NCBI GenBank assembly: GCA_028822955.1
Contig: JAPKCL010000001.1
Coordinates: 1 to 37,034 of the forward strand
Direction: 5' to 3'
DNA: 37,034 bases
DNA from: Candidatus Poseidoniaceae archaeon
Lineage (GTDB): Archaea > Thermoplasmatota > Poseidoniia > Poseidoniales > Poseidoniaceae
Below are positions 1-9,114 of the stretch, piece after piece (within the stretch, counting starts at the first letter, position 1; each line of letters begins with the position of its first letter). The notes beneath the pieces were generated by a model, which saw only the letters and a list, made by a program, of their open reading frames with translations, had not been told where the DNA came from and made no database searches. The translations under genes were made by a program, and so were the position numbers.

Positions 1-31
1 AAAGGACATTCGTGAGTTATTGTTTACGAAT

Positions 32-3000
32 TCATTCGTTCGCCATTTCGCCTTCATGGGTCTGCGTGAGGTAGGTCACGAGCCCGAGTAAGGCTGCAGA
101 TGCAATTAATATGGCGAGTAATATTTCAACTGAGGCTCCTTGAACGATGACAATTCCTGCAATAATCCAACTCAGTACGAGGTCAAGAGCGCCGACGACT
201 CTCCAGGCTTTACGTAGCGTAAGAACCCCACTTACCCATGAAACCGTTGAACATAACAGGATGAACAGCACTGCGAACAAGAGGTTTGAATATCCAAATG
301 CTGAACCAATCAAGAGAATGTGCATTGCCCACAATGCTGCAGGAAGCCAAAGGCCTTGCCGTTGTTGGACAACCCATGCCGCGAAAAGAATGCTGACCAA
401 TCCGAGGCATGAAGCGATGAATCCGAGTGAGGGGAGCGCGATAATGTCTGAAAGCCATGCACTACTCGCCAAATATGCCATCGGTAACATCAGCCAGGCG
501 GCAAGAACAACTGCAGGTTGAGTCCACCAAACACCGCGGCGAGCCGACTGTATGATGGCTGCAAATGTTGCAGGACCAAAGGAGAGGAGCGCGACAAATA
601 ACAGCCATGCAGAACGGCCACCGGCCCCTCTGTGGTCACTCATATCGTGTTGGATACGTTTGCCTTCAACCCAATCAAATCCGAAGACTGCTGCGAGAAG
701 AAGAGCCTCAATAATGATCAGAGGGGCTGTCCAAGAGAGGGTTGAGAGGGTTGTAACAAATGGGTCAATATCGAACGGGATTGGAACTTCGCCTCCAATG
801 ACGACGCACAAGACTCGGTCTATGGCTGCAAGATAGATGACGCCCTCGAGAGCATTGGGGATTCTGAGTCCCAAATCATTTCGGCCAAGAAGTCCGATTC
901 CAGCTAACATCACAAGCCCTCCAAAGAAAACAAGCAGATGGGTTGCATCTCCGAGTACAACAACCGAATTTGAAGCCCGGCCTGCGACGTGAACCAAAAC
1001 AAGGCCCAACATGCCAAGAGCTATTGGAGCCTCTATTCCCATGATATCAGGCAACCTCAACCCAATTTGATTTGCACGGATTCGCGAAAGGCCGACAAAT
1101 AAGATCGAGATCATTACGCTGAATGAAAGAGCAAGGAGGGTGTTTCCAGAAACGAATGAAAGATATGAAGTTGCAAGAATCGTCGTTGAGAGGAAAAGAA
1201 GAACAATTGTTGGTTGATGGTGAATATCTCCAACATAGAGATCCATATCTCCTGAAGAACCTGAACGGCGTTGGCGTTTTCTCTGTTTTTCTACCAATGT
1301 TAACAATTCTGTATCGATTAGGCGTAGGTTGCTTGTTGGGGTCGAAGTGGTTTCTTCACCCTCTTGGGTGCCACCAAGTTGTAGAACTTCAGAATCTTCC
1401 ATCCCCGAGGATTCAAGGAATGTTTGGATACGTTCTTGTTTATCTTTTAGCCGCTGTATTCGGTTCTCCTTCTTGGTAAGTGCTCGTATACCTGAGCGGA
1501 ACTCACCCTGAACGGCAAGATATGCTCCCGAACCTACGAACGCTATAATTGAAGCCAAAACAACAACTTCAACCGCAATTGAACGTCCGGCTAAAGCCAT
1601 TGAAATGATCAGGGCCACTGCGGTCACAGCAGGCGGTAAAAGTTTCTCCAATGTGGCTGCTCGCAAAAGATACAACACCAATGCCACCAGTCCAATGAGC
1701 ATCAAAACCAAGAGGTTCGTTTCCTTGTCAAGCATATGCTCTGTACCGGTTAAAGGAACGGTTGTAAGGGGGTCCAAAGCAATCATAATGAAAAAAGCCG
1801 TAAGGAAACCCATCATCATCGTCAACAATTGTCCAGGAAGAGTTTCGAAGCGTTCGAGTTCGCTTTCTGTTGCACCTCCGGCGCGTCTGCGATCAGAGGA
1901 TTTCAACAAAATGGCCGAAGAAATCACCAAAGATAAGGCCCAAAACGAAGATTGACCATACGTCCATGAAAGTAAAAGAGCAAAAATACCCCAGAATGAC
2001 ATCAATGTTTGAGGTTTTCCAAGATGTCGTTCAAAGTACACCATCAGTGAATGGCCGATAAGCAAACTGCCGAGAATAATCACTACTCCATACATCGGTA
2101 ATGCGTTTGGGCGAACGATAGCCCAAGTGACGACGACGGAGAAAAGGAAACTCAAGTTCCATAACTTTGCTAAGCCTGAATCTCGAAGCCTTGCCCCGAC
2201 TTCAGAAAGTCCAACCAGTCGTGCTGCGAGGTTTAATCCAACTTCTCCATGGCGGAGATTGACCCAAATTTGCTGCACGACCAGCAGGCTCATCCACAGG
2301 AATAAATCAAATTCGTTTATTGAAATTGGAATGAAATCAGCAGAGATGAGGCGCGCATCAGCATCGGTTGCAAACAACAGGAGCCAAACCCAAGGACCCA
2401 AAACGGCCGTTCCTGCGATAGAAGGTGAAGACCGGTAAACTGCTAATCCAGAAAGGCCAATCCAAACGACTCCTTGGGTAACCAAAAGAATACGGGAGCC
2501 GTTGTTTGAATCTCCTGACGGAATGAGAAGGGTGAGTAAAAGAACGATTGCGAGGCCTCCAAGCCAGAGCACATGGTCGGAGACTGCAGTTTGATTTCGC
2601 AAAAGGGCTACGGCGGTGAACATGGCTGTAAAAACGGCATACAAACTGTACCCGTCCAAGTTCCACGGCAAGGTAATGCCAAGCACGCCCGAAGTATACA
2701 GCGAGAGGCCAATCAGAAGGAACGGTGCTGGGAAGATGATGTAAGGGGCTAATTTCCTCACATCTATGCCTCGAACTACAAGATATGACCCGCTGAATGC
2801 AGAGATGAGAAGCATCAGTTGTGCAAGCGCATAACCTGTTTCCAATCGGTGTGCTGTTATCGCCAATAACGCACCAATCATTCCAAGGCTTACAGAAACT
2901 GACCAAAGTGCAGGTTTACCAAGGCCCATTGCTTCAAATGCTTTGGAAAACCAATTGTCAGCCTGAACAAATTTAGCAGCAATAATAGCATTGGTTGCCG

Positions 3001-3943
3001 TCACACAGGTCATCAACAAGAAGAGTAACAATCCGTCTTCGAACGGGACAATTTCAAGGCCGAAGAGGGCCCAGTCGTCTGAAAGAGCGTGGATTCCAAC
3101 CCAGAGATAGGAAGAAGCAATACCAAGGCTTGCAAGATTTCCAGATTGACGATAAATGGCAAGGCCATGCATAAGTAGAGTGCCCAGACCAATCATCACT
3201 GCAACGCCTATTTCACCATAGTAAGCCCCTGCTGCGCTTCCAACCAACAAAAGAATAAGAGTAGCCTGAGCTGCAATCGCATCCTCATTATGACGTTGTG
3301 CTAGGAATATATTTAGTGAAACAATTCCAATAAGAGTCGTACCGAACATTTCGTTTGCTCCAAAAGAAAGACCGTCAAACCATCCCCAATGCCAAGCATC
3401 AATGGCAAGCCCATAGAAGAGTTTCATCGAGATGATCACCCAGGTCACGCCCAAAAGACGCATATTTGGATTTGGAATCCACCGCTCACCAAGGTAAAGG
3501 CCGAAAAGACCCATGGCTAAGAGCCCTAATCCGCTAGGGATTTCAGGAAGTACCGTTCCAACAATGGCTCCGATAGCCGACCATGTGAGTACCATCGCCA
3601 CCAAGAGCCCGAAACCCAGTCGCTTCTCACCGTGTATTGCAAGATCTGTGACACTGTCGATTTCTGACTTTTGAAAAACGGTGCCGTCAGATTGTACAGA
3701 ACCGGGGTTTTGATGCTCTTCTTTTCCCGAAGAAAACAACGATGTGATCTCACCAACAGCAATATCCTCTGGCTCTGATAAAGGCGTTTGGGTGATTTTC
3801 GGAGTATCCTCTTGGTCTTGTTTTACCATAAATGAATGAATATCTACGCCTTGAGCGCGCTGAAAATCACGTTTCCGAACGACTTCGTCTCTCGACTTAG
3901 AGGGAGTTTCTTCGGACGTGCCGCCGTTCGACCCTCCAGTCAT
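32..3943 (-). CDS. Giant polytopic integral membrane protein (1303 aa), function unknown
   Basis: Uninterrupted 3.9-kb ORF with an ATG start at 3943 preceded by GAGGCGGGTAAGG. It has a hydrophilic N-terminus of about 110 aa, then dozens of hydrophobic helix-length segments. A charged K/R/E/Q-rich linker (KKENRIQRLKDKQERIQ...EKQRKRQRRSG, about nt 1200-1500) interrupts them. I recognised no catalytic motif. Confidence 0.8.
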   Translation of the reverse strand: MTGGSNGGTSEETPSKSRDEVVRKRDFQRAQGVDIHSFMVKQDQEDTPKITQTPLSEPEDIAVGEITSLFSSGKEEHQNPGSVQSDGTVFQKSEIDSVTDLAIHGEKRLGFGLLVAMVLTWSAIGAIVGTVLPEIPSGLGLLAMGLFGLYLGERWIPNPNMRLLGVTWVIISMKLFYGLAIDAWHWGWFDGLSFGANEMFGTTLIGIVSLNIFLAQRHNEDAIAAQATLILLLVGSAAGAYYGEIGVAVMIGLGTLLMHGLAIYRQSGNLASLGIASSYLWVGIHALSDDWALFGLEIVPFEDGLLLFLLMTCVTATNAIIAAKFVQADNWFSKAFEAMGLGKPALWSVSVSLGMIGALLAITAHRLETGYALAQLMLLISAFSGSYLVVRGIDVRKLAPYIIFPAPFLLIGLSLYTSGVLGITLPWNLDGYSLYAVFTAMFTAVALLRNQTAVSDHVLWLGGLAIVLLLTLLIPSGDSNNGSRILLVTQGVVWIGLSGLAVYRSSPSIAGTAVLGPWVWLLLFATDADARLISADFIPISINEFDLFLWMSLLVVQQIWVNLRHGEVGLNLAARLVGLSEVGARLRDSGLAKLWNLSFLFSVVVTWAIVRPNALPMYGVVIILGSLLIGHSLMVYFERHLGKPQTLMSFWGIFALLLSWTYGQSSFWALSLVISSAILLKSSDRRRAGGATESELERFETLPGQLLTMMMGFLTAFFIMIALDPLTTVPLTGTEHMLDKETNLLVLMLIGLVALVLYLLRAATLEKLLPPAVTAVALIISMALAGRSIAVEVVVLASIIAFVGSGAYLAVQGEFRSGIRALTKKENRIQRLKDKQERIQTFLESSGMEDSEVLQLGGTQEGEETTSTPTSNLRLIDTELLTLVEKQRKRQRRSGSSGDMDLYVGDIHHQPTIVLLFLSTTILATSYLSFVSGNTLLALSFSVMISILFVGLSRIRANQIGLRLPDIMGIEAPIALGMLGLVLVHVAGRASNSVVVLGDATHLLVFFGGLVMLAGIGLLGRNDLGLRIPNALEGVIYLAAIDRVLCVVIGGEVPIPFDIDPFVTTLSTLSWTAPLIIIEALLLAAVFGFDWVEGKRIQHDMSDHRGAGGRSAWLLFVALLSFGPATFAAIIQSARRGVWWTQPAVVLAAWLMLPMAYLASSAWLSDIIALPSLGFIASCLGLVSILFAAWVVQQRQGLWLPAALWAMHILLIGSAFGYSNLLFAVLFILLCSTVSWVSGVLTLRKAWRVVGALDLVLSWIIAGIVIVQGASVEILLAILIASAALLGLVTYLTQTHEGEMANE

Positions 3944-4127
3944 GAAACCTTACCCGCCTCAAGTTGCCTTCAATGCTTTCGATGATTCGTGAATCCGGCT
4001 CCTCATTTCGAAGATGGGGGTTCTTTTCCGGGTTTAAAGCAATCAAGCCGCTATACATTGATTTCTAAGAATGAAGTTGGTATTCCGAGGGGGCATCCCG
4101 CCAAAAGGGACAAAGAGGGTCCGCGGA

Positions 4128-4135
4128 AGGAGGTG
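4128..4135 (+). promoter_or_regulatory. Shine-Dalgarno-like motif GGAGGTGG upstream of pckA
   Basis: GGAGGTGG ends 2 nt before the ATG at 4138. Similar GGAGG/GGTG motifs precede many genes in the window. Confidence 0.5.
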
Positions 4136-4137
4136 GC

Positions 4138-5739
4138 ATGGCGGCCACCCATGGGACTCCGACCGGAGACCTCAACGCGCACGGAATTACTCCCTCAGGA
4201 GAGGTGTATTGGAACCAAGATGCTCCAACCCTCATCGAATTAGCTGTTGCCCGAAAAGAAGGTGTGTTTAGTTCTCACCGAGCCTTGGTTACCGAGACGG
4301 GTGAACGTACAGGTCGCTCTCCTAACGACAAATTCATCGTCGATGAAGAAACCACTTCTGACGATGTAAACTGGGGCAATGTAAACATTTCAACTGATTT
4401 GGCAACTTTTACTAAAATGAGAGCGAAAGTTGCAGAATACCTTTCAGCACAAGACACGCTCTTTGTTCAAGACCTCTACTGCGGTGCGGACTTTAGTGAG
4501 GCTTTACCGATTCGAGTCATTAACCAAAATGCTTGGCATAATGCCTTTGCACGTAACATGTTCATTCGACCTGATGCTGAACGGTTGAGCACCCATTCTC
4601 CTGAATTCACCGTACTTCACGCGCCACATTTTGAAGCCAATGCTGAAGAAGATGGTTTGAATTCTCAATGTTTCGTCATCGTCAATTATGCTGCAAAAGA
4701 AGTCATCATTGGAGGCACTCGATACGCTGGAGAGATTAAAAAATCAATCTTTTCAGTGATGAATCTGATTCTCCCGAAGAAAGGAATCCTCCCAATGCAT
4801 TGTTCAGCGAACACCACTGGGGAAAACACCGCTATCTTCTTTGGACTGTCTGGAACAGGGAAAACAACCCTTTCCGCAGACCCGAATCGTGCTCTTATCG
4901 GCGATGATGAACATGGCTGGGGCGCAAATGGCGTATTCAATTTCGAAGGAGGATGTTATGCAAAACTCATCGACCTTAAGGAAGAAGATGAACCTGAAAT
5001 CTTCGGCACAACAAAGATGTTCGGAACGGTTCTTGAGAACATCGTAATGGATTCTGAAGGCGTTCCAGACTTTACTGACGTTAGCAAAACGCAAAACACA
5101 CGCGGCTCATATCCTATTGAATTCATTGAAAACCGGACCATGGATTCCAAAGGTGGACACCCACAAAATGTCATTTTCTTGACATGCGATGCTTTTGGAG
5201 TCTTACCGCCGATTTCTCGATTGACCCCTGAACAAGCCGCTTACCACTTTATTTCAGGCTATACTGCAAAGGTAGCCGGTACTGAAATTGGCGTCAAAGA
5301 ACCTCAAGCAACCTTCTCTGCTTGCTTTGGCGAACCATTTATGCCAATGCATCCAGGAGTATACGCTGATCTTCTCTCGAATAAAATGGAAGAACATGGT
5401 GCAAATGCTTGGCTCATCAACACCGGATGGTCCGGTGGCGCATACGGTGTCGGCAATCGAATGAAGATTCGTTACACTCGTGCTATGCTCAATGCAGCCA
5501 TGGATGGAAAATTAGACAATGTTGAATATGTCGTCGACCCGCGTTTTGGATTTGAAGTTCCCGTCGAATGTCCAAATGTTCCTGAAGAAATTCTCCAACC
5601 TCGAAACACTTGGAATAACCCTGAAGTTTTTGATGCGACTGCAGACAGACTCGCAGCAATGTTTAACGAAAACTTTGCTCGATACCAATCGGGTGTCTCT
5701 GCTGAAGTCAATGCTGCAGCACCGCAACCTCTCGCTTGA
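4138..5739 (+). CDS. pckA: Phosphoenolpyruvate carboxykinase (ATP-dependent)
   Basis: Kinase-1a P-loop FFGLSGTGKTTLS and the PEPCK-ATP signature LIGDDEHGW are present. The length (533 aa) is typical of the ATP-type family. Confidence 0.95.
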   Translation: MAATHGTPTGDLNAHGITPSGEVYWNQDAPTLIELAVARKEGVFSSHRALVTETGERTGRSPNDKFIVDEETTSDDVNWGNVNISTDLATFTKMRAKVAEYLSAQDTLFVQDLYCGADFSEALPIRVINQNAWHNAFARNMFIRPDAERLSTHSPEFTVLHAPHFEANAEEDGLNSQCFVIVNYAAKEVIIGGTRYAGEIKKSIFSVMNLILPKKGILPMHCSANTTGENTAIFFGLSGTGKTTLSADPNRALIGDDEHGWGANGVFNFEGGCYAKLIDLKEEDEPEIFGTTKMFGTVLENIVMDSEGVPDFTDVSKTQNTRGSYPIEFIENRTMDSKGGHPQNVIFLTCDAFGVLPPISRLTPEQAAYHFISGYTAKVAGTEIGVKEPQATFSACFGEPFMPMHPGVYADLLSNKMEEHGANAWLINTGWSGGAYGVGNRMKIRYTRAMLNAAMDGKLDNVEYVVDPRFGFEVPVECPNVPEEILQPRNTWNNPEVFDATADRLAAMFNENFARYQSGVSAEVNAAAPQPLA

Positions 5740-5742
5740 TTT

Positions 5743-6300
5743 TCAATCTCTTGTGATACTCTCCGTATCTACGACGGTACAAAACTCGCCATGTAAACTG
5801 GCGAGGGCTGTTTGGTGAATGATTTCTGCATCGAACATATCTCCATTTATTGAGGTGCGTGGGAACGTAGCACAGGCATCTCCAACCAACTTGACATCAA
5901 ATCCTAAATTACCTGCCATTCGAACACTGGTCGAGATACAATGATTCGTTGTAAGGCCTAAAACCGCCAGTTTCTGTACTCCTTTACTTTTGAGAAATTG
6001 TTCTAATTCTGTACCGATGAAACAACTGTTCACTCTTTTTACAAATTCTGTTTCATTGTTTTGAGGTACTGCCCAGTCAGAATATGCAAAACCTGGTTTT
6101 TGACGACCTAAGGGGCTACCATCCTCTGTTGAGGAATGCCGAACATGGATGATGTCTCGTTTCGAATTTCGCCAGTGATGAAGAATAGATTTCGCATTCA
6201 CTTCAAAATCAGGATTATTCCGTTCACCCCATTGAGGGTCTTCGAATCCTTTTTGGCAATCGATGAGAAGAAGTGTGCGCTCTGCAAAAGAATTGGACAT
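5743..6300 (-). CDS. Isochorismatase-family cysteine hydrolase
   Basis: LLLIDCQKGF (catalytic Asp region) and LGLTTNHCISTSVR (catalytic Cys) motifs are present. The ORF extends to an ATG at 6381. The ATG at 6300 is preceded by AGGAGAG at about 8 nt and gives the usual 185 aa or so, so I prefer it. The start is ambiguous. Confidence 0.8.
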   Translation of the reverse strand: MSNSFAERTLLLIDCQKGFEDPQWGERNNPDFEVNAKSILHHWRNSKRDIIHVRHSSTEDGSPLGRQKPGFAYSDWAVPQNNETEFVKRVNSCFIGTELEQFLKSKGVQKLAVLGLTTNHCISTSVRMAGNLGFDVKLVGDACATFPRTSINGDMFDAEIIHQTALASLHGEFCTVVDTESITRD

Positions 6301-6455
6301 TACTTCTATCTCTCCTGAAGTCGACTCATGGTGTTCGTTAATAATATGTGATGGGAACAGAAATGAAGGCGTGTAGGCCAAGTTGTGTCAGCATGTTCTA
6401 CGGAATTCGTTGATTTGAGTACCGATGAAGATACTGCATTGTTCTTAAGAAACCT

Positions 6456-7421
6456 ATGCATGAGAAATTTGTGGACCCGACAGATGAGCAAGCAGGAGCA
6501 TGGACAAAAGCCTTTGAAGCGGGAAAATTCATCCGCAAATCGAGCGAATTCCGTGACGTAATTGCATCCGGTGATGCCTTTGACACGGAAAGTCAACGCT
6601 ATCACCTCTACGTGTCTCATGCATGCCCGTGGGCGCACAGGACTCTCATCACATCCGTCCTGCTTGGACTTGAAGAACACATAACATTCGATGTTGTCGA
6701 CTGGCGCATGAATCGAAATGGTTCATGGTCATTTAATCCAGAAGAAGAAGGGGCTACTGCCGATACTGTCAACGGTGAAACCAGTCTGGAAGGAATCTAC
6801 AAGCGAGCATATCACGGTTGGGAAGAAAGCGGGAATATTGGAACTGTTCCCATTTTGTGGGACCGAAAACACAGCACTATTGTCAATAACGAAAGCCGAG
6901 AGATTGTTCGAATGTTCGACACACTCGCTCAATCAGGCCTCGGCAATGGGCGAACGTTGTGTCCTGCTGAACTCAAACCCGGAATTGACCAAATGATCGA
7001 TGCGAATTATGAAGCGGTCAACAACGGCGTATACAAGTCTGGATTCGCCCGAACTCAATCTGCATACGATGAAGCAGTCACTGCCTTATTCAATCGCCTT
7101 GATGAATTAGAATCTCACCTCGAAGGTCGAGAATGGTTAGTTGGAGACGGAAAAGGGCAACTCACTGAAGCAGATGTTTGCCTCTTCCCAACCTTAGCGC
7201 GCTTTGATTTGGTTTATGTGGTTCATTTCAAGTGCAATCTCCGCAGAATCATTGATTATCCTAATCTACAAGCATTTGTAGAACGAATGCTGAACCAACC
7301 AGGCGTGCGAGAAACCTGTCACTGGCACCATATCAAAGCACATTACTTCTGGTCACACGAGAGCCTCAACCCTTACCGAATCATTCCACTCGGTCCACTT
7401 GAAGGCGCACATACGAAGTGA
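6456..7421 (+). CDS. Xi-class glutathione S-transferase / glutathionyl-hydroquinone reductase (YqjG/ECM4-like)
   Basis: RYHLYVSHACPWAHRTL contains the CPWA(H/N)R active-site motif of Xi-class GSTs. The length (321 aa) fits, and there is a C-terminal helical GST-like domain. Confidence 0.8.
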   Translation: MHEKFVDPTDEQAGAWTKAFEAGKFIRKSSEFRDVIASGDAFDTESQRYHLYVSHACPWAHRTLITSVLLGLEEHITFDVVDWRMNRNGSWSFNPEEEGATADTVNGETSLEGIYKRAYHGWEESGNIGTVPILWDRKHSTIVNNESREIVRMFDTLAQSGLGNGRTLCPAELKPGIDQMIDANYEAVNNGVYKSGFARTQSAYDEAVTALFNRLDELESHLEGREWLVGDGKGQLTEADVCLFPTLARFDLVYVVHFKCNLRRIIDYPNLQAFVERMLNQPGVRETCHWHHIKAHYFWSHESLNPYRIIPLGPLEGAHTK

Positions 7422-7444
7422 GTGAGTGAATCTATTGAATGAAG

Positions 7445-8194
7445 TCAGTCTTGCTGAGGCTTCAATTTAACCATTTTAATTAATTTCATTATTCGTAAGA
7501 AAAAATAGCCAATGTCAAAACCTCCGAAGTTTGCATTGCCAGGCATCCGATGGTGTTCGGCATGATTCCCTTCACCCATCGTGAGCATTGCACTTGGTAG
7601 AAAATTACGAGCTTCAGTATTTGGGTCATCTCTAGAACCGATTAAATGAGATACGGAATTAATTGAGTCACCAATGTTGTAAAACAACACGGTAATGGCC
7701 CAACCAAGAGCAATGCCAAACCATCCAAGTTCAGCGTAGAAGAAAAAGAATGGTAGAAGATGGGACAATGCGAGGATGAAATTTACTGGCCTGCGACTCA
7801 TGAATTTCAACAATGGCAAGTCCAAATCCTTTGGTAACTTTTCTGGAAACTTTTTCCAAATGAAGGGGTCTATTATTGTGCGAATTGGGCCTGCTATAGC
7901 ATACAGTATGGCAACTACAGTGCTGCTTGTAGAAAGGTACCAGCCACAATGGGCATGCCAAAAGCCACCAAAATACGGAGAGTGTGGGTCGTCTGCCGTA
8001 TCCGTAGTTTTGTGATGGATGCGATGGTTCAGCGCCCATTGGATTGGTGGCCCAGCCGGTGTTCCAGCGTAAACCAAGAGGTACTTCAGTGCAGAATTGG
8101 ATTGAAACGAATTATGGGAAATCAGACGGTGAGTTCCAAGTGAAACACCAAGGCCAATGAAGACATACCAAATGATCAAAAAGCCGTACATCAT
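7445..8194 (-). CDS. Membrane fatty-acyl (Delta9-type, acyl-CoA/acyl-lipid) desaturase family protein
   Basis: All conserved His boxes of the stearoyl-CoA desaturase family are present: GTHRLISH, WALNHRIHHKTTDTADDPHSP, GFWHAHCGW, NSVSHLIG and GEGNHAEHHRMP. At 249 aa it is short, with a single hydrophobic segment before box 1. Its start overlaps the upstream stop (ATGA at 8191-8194). Confidence 0.85.
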   Translation of the reverse strand: MMYGFLIIWYVFIGLGVSLGTHRLISHNSFQSNSALKYLLVYAGTPAGPPIQWALNHRIHHKTTDTADDPHSPYFGGFWHAHCGWYLSTSSTVVAILYAIAGPIRTIIDPFIWKKFPEKLPKDLDLPLLKFMSRRPVNFILALSHLLPFFFFYAELGWFGIALGWAITVLFYNIGDSINSVSHLIGSRDDPNTEARNFLPSAMLTMGEGNHAEHHRMPGNANFGGFDIGYFFLRIMKLIKMVKLKPQQD

Positions 8195-9114
8195 CTATTC
8201 TTCAACCCTAATTTGGAACGCATTCTTTCAAGATGGGCATGAGCGTGTTCGACAAAAAAGCCGTGCATGAGGAAGCGATAAGAAAGTCCCGTTGGCCCAA
8301 CGAGAATCATTGGGAAGCGGTTGTGAGCAAGGTCTGCAAAGTTCGCAGCTCCGAGGATTTCGTCAATGCGCAAGCCGACTGAATGATCGAATTGAAACGA
8401 ATTGATAGCGGCCTCATATTCTTTAGCAGTCAGCCAAAAACAGAACGTGGTTTTGAATAATTCATGAGCAGTTTCAAAATCAAGAAATTGGGTCCATTTC
8501 TTTCGAGAAGGCGAATATTGGATATCGACTGGTGCCCAATTTGTCCATTGTAACTCCTCCTCGGCGATCGGCCAATTTTCGCCTTTCATTTCACCTAAAT
8601 CACGCATTGTCATCAAGACGCCTTGGTCGTGATGGACGAACGTCTGGACCATGAGGTCTCGAATGACTTTCGGGTAAATGAGGACAGGCTCAACACCTTC
8701 TTTTCCAGAATTATCAATCACGAAATTCAGCAGGTTACTCTCGGTTTGGAAATGACGAAGAATCAAAATGTTGGCTTCAGGACGGACAAAGTGTTTCATA
8801 AAAAAGCAAATCTGCCATTGAAGGAATCTATGTGCTCTCCATTGAATTGGCGACAGCCGTTTGAGATAATAGGTGATGTGAAGAGTAATGCTGAGGAGGA
8901 TTTTCAAGGTTGGTAAAATGACCACTCGTAATGGATTTTGTAAATCTTTGAGCCAGTATTCTTTTGCTTCCAAATCTAAAGGGAGGCTGTCATCGCCACC
9001 CAGTGCATCACTCAGAGATGCTGGCATTCTTCCATGATTCTTGGAGAGCGCTTTGGCAAGACGGCGTTGAGCACGTTGCTCTTTCCGGGATAATGTTAAT
9101 TCACTGGATGTCAT
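8191..9114 (-). CDS. Hypothetical protein (307 aa), operon partner of the desaturase and KAS III-like genes
   Basis: Long ORF with an ATG at 9114 overlapping the upstream gene by 14 nt, and a stop overlapping the desaturase start. It has one hydrophobic segment (LRVVILPTLKILLSITLHITYYL). I recognised no family motif. Confidence 0.7.
   Translation of the reverse strand: MTSSELTLSRKEQRAQRRLAKALSKNHGRMPASLSDALGGDDSLPLDLEAKEYWLKDLQNPLRVVILPTLKILLSITLHITYYLKRLSPIQWRAHRFLQWQICFFMKHFVRPEANILILRHFQTESNLLNFVIDNSGKEGVEPVLIYPKVIRDLMVQTFVHHDQGVLMTMRDLGEMKGENWPIAEEELQWTNWAPVDIQYSPSRKKWTQFLDFETAHELFKTTFCFWLTAKEYEAAINSFQFDHSVGLRIDEILGAANFADLAHNRFPMILVGPTGLSYRFLMHGFFVEHAHAHLERMRSKLGLKNR

Noticed and set aside
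147-3762. Numerous 60-180-aa ORFs inside or antisense to the giant membrane protein gene (for example 147..521, 552..836, 1123..1479, 1605..1955, 2127..2438, 2358..2906, 3526..3762).
   Set aside because: All are fully embedded in the uninterrupted 3.9-kb ORF. Their translations are low-complexity or Arg/Ser/Pro-rich with no motifs, as expected for shadow ORFs.
3944-4137. Possible tRNA or structured RNA in the 194-bp divergent spacer, flagged by GATTCGTGAATCC (3984-3996), which resembles a T-loop TTCGAATCC.
   Set aside because: The flanking sequence does not fold into acceptor, D or anticodon arms. The element is better described as a short inverted repeat, GATTC-GT-GAATC. It may be a protein-binding site, but there is no further support.
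5743-6381. Full-length 212-aa version of the isochorismatase-family ORF.
   Set aside because: The 27 N-terminal residues (MAYTPSFLFPSHIINEHHESTSGEIEV) have no counterpart in the family as I know it. The internal ATG at 6300 has an AGGAGAG SD. The longer form remains a possible alternative.
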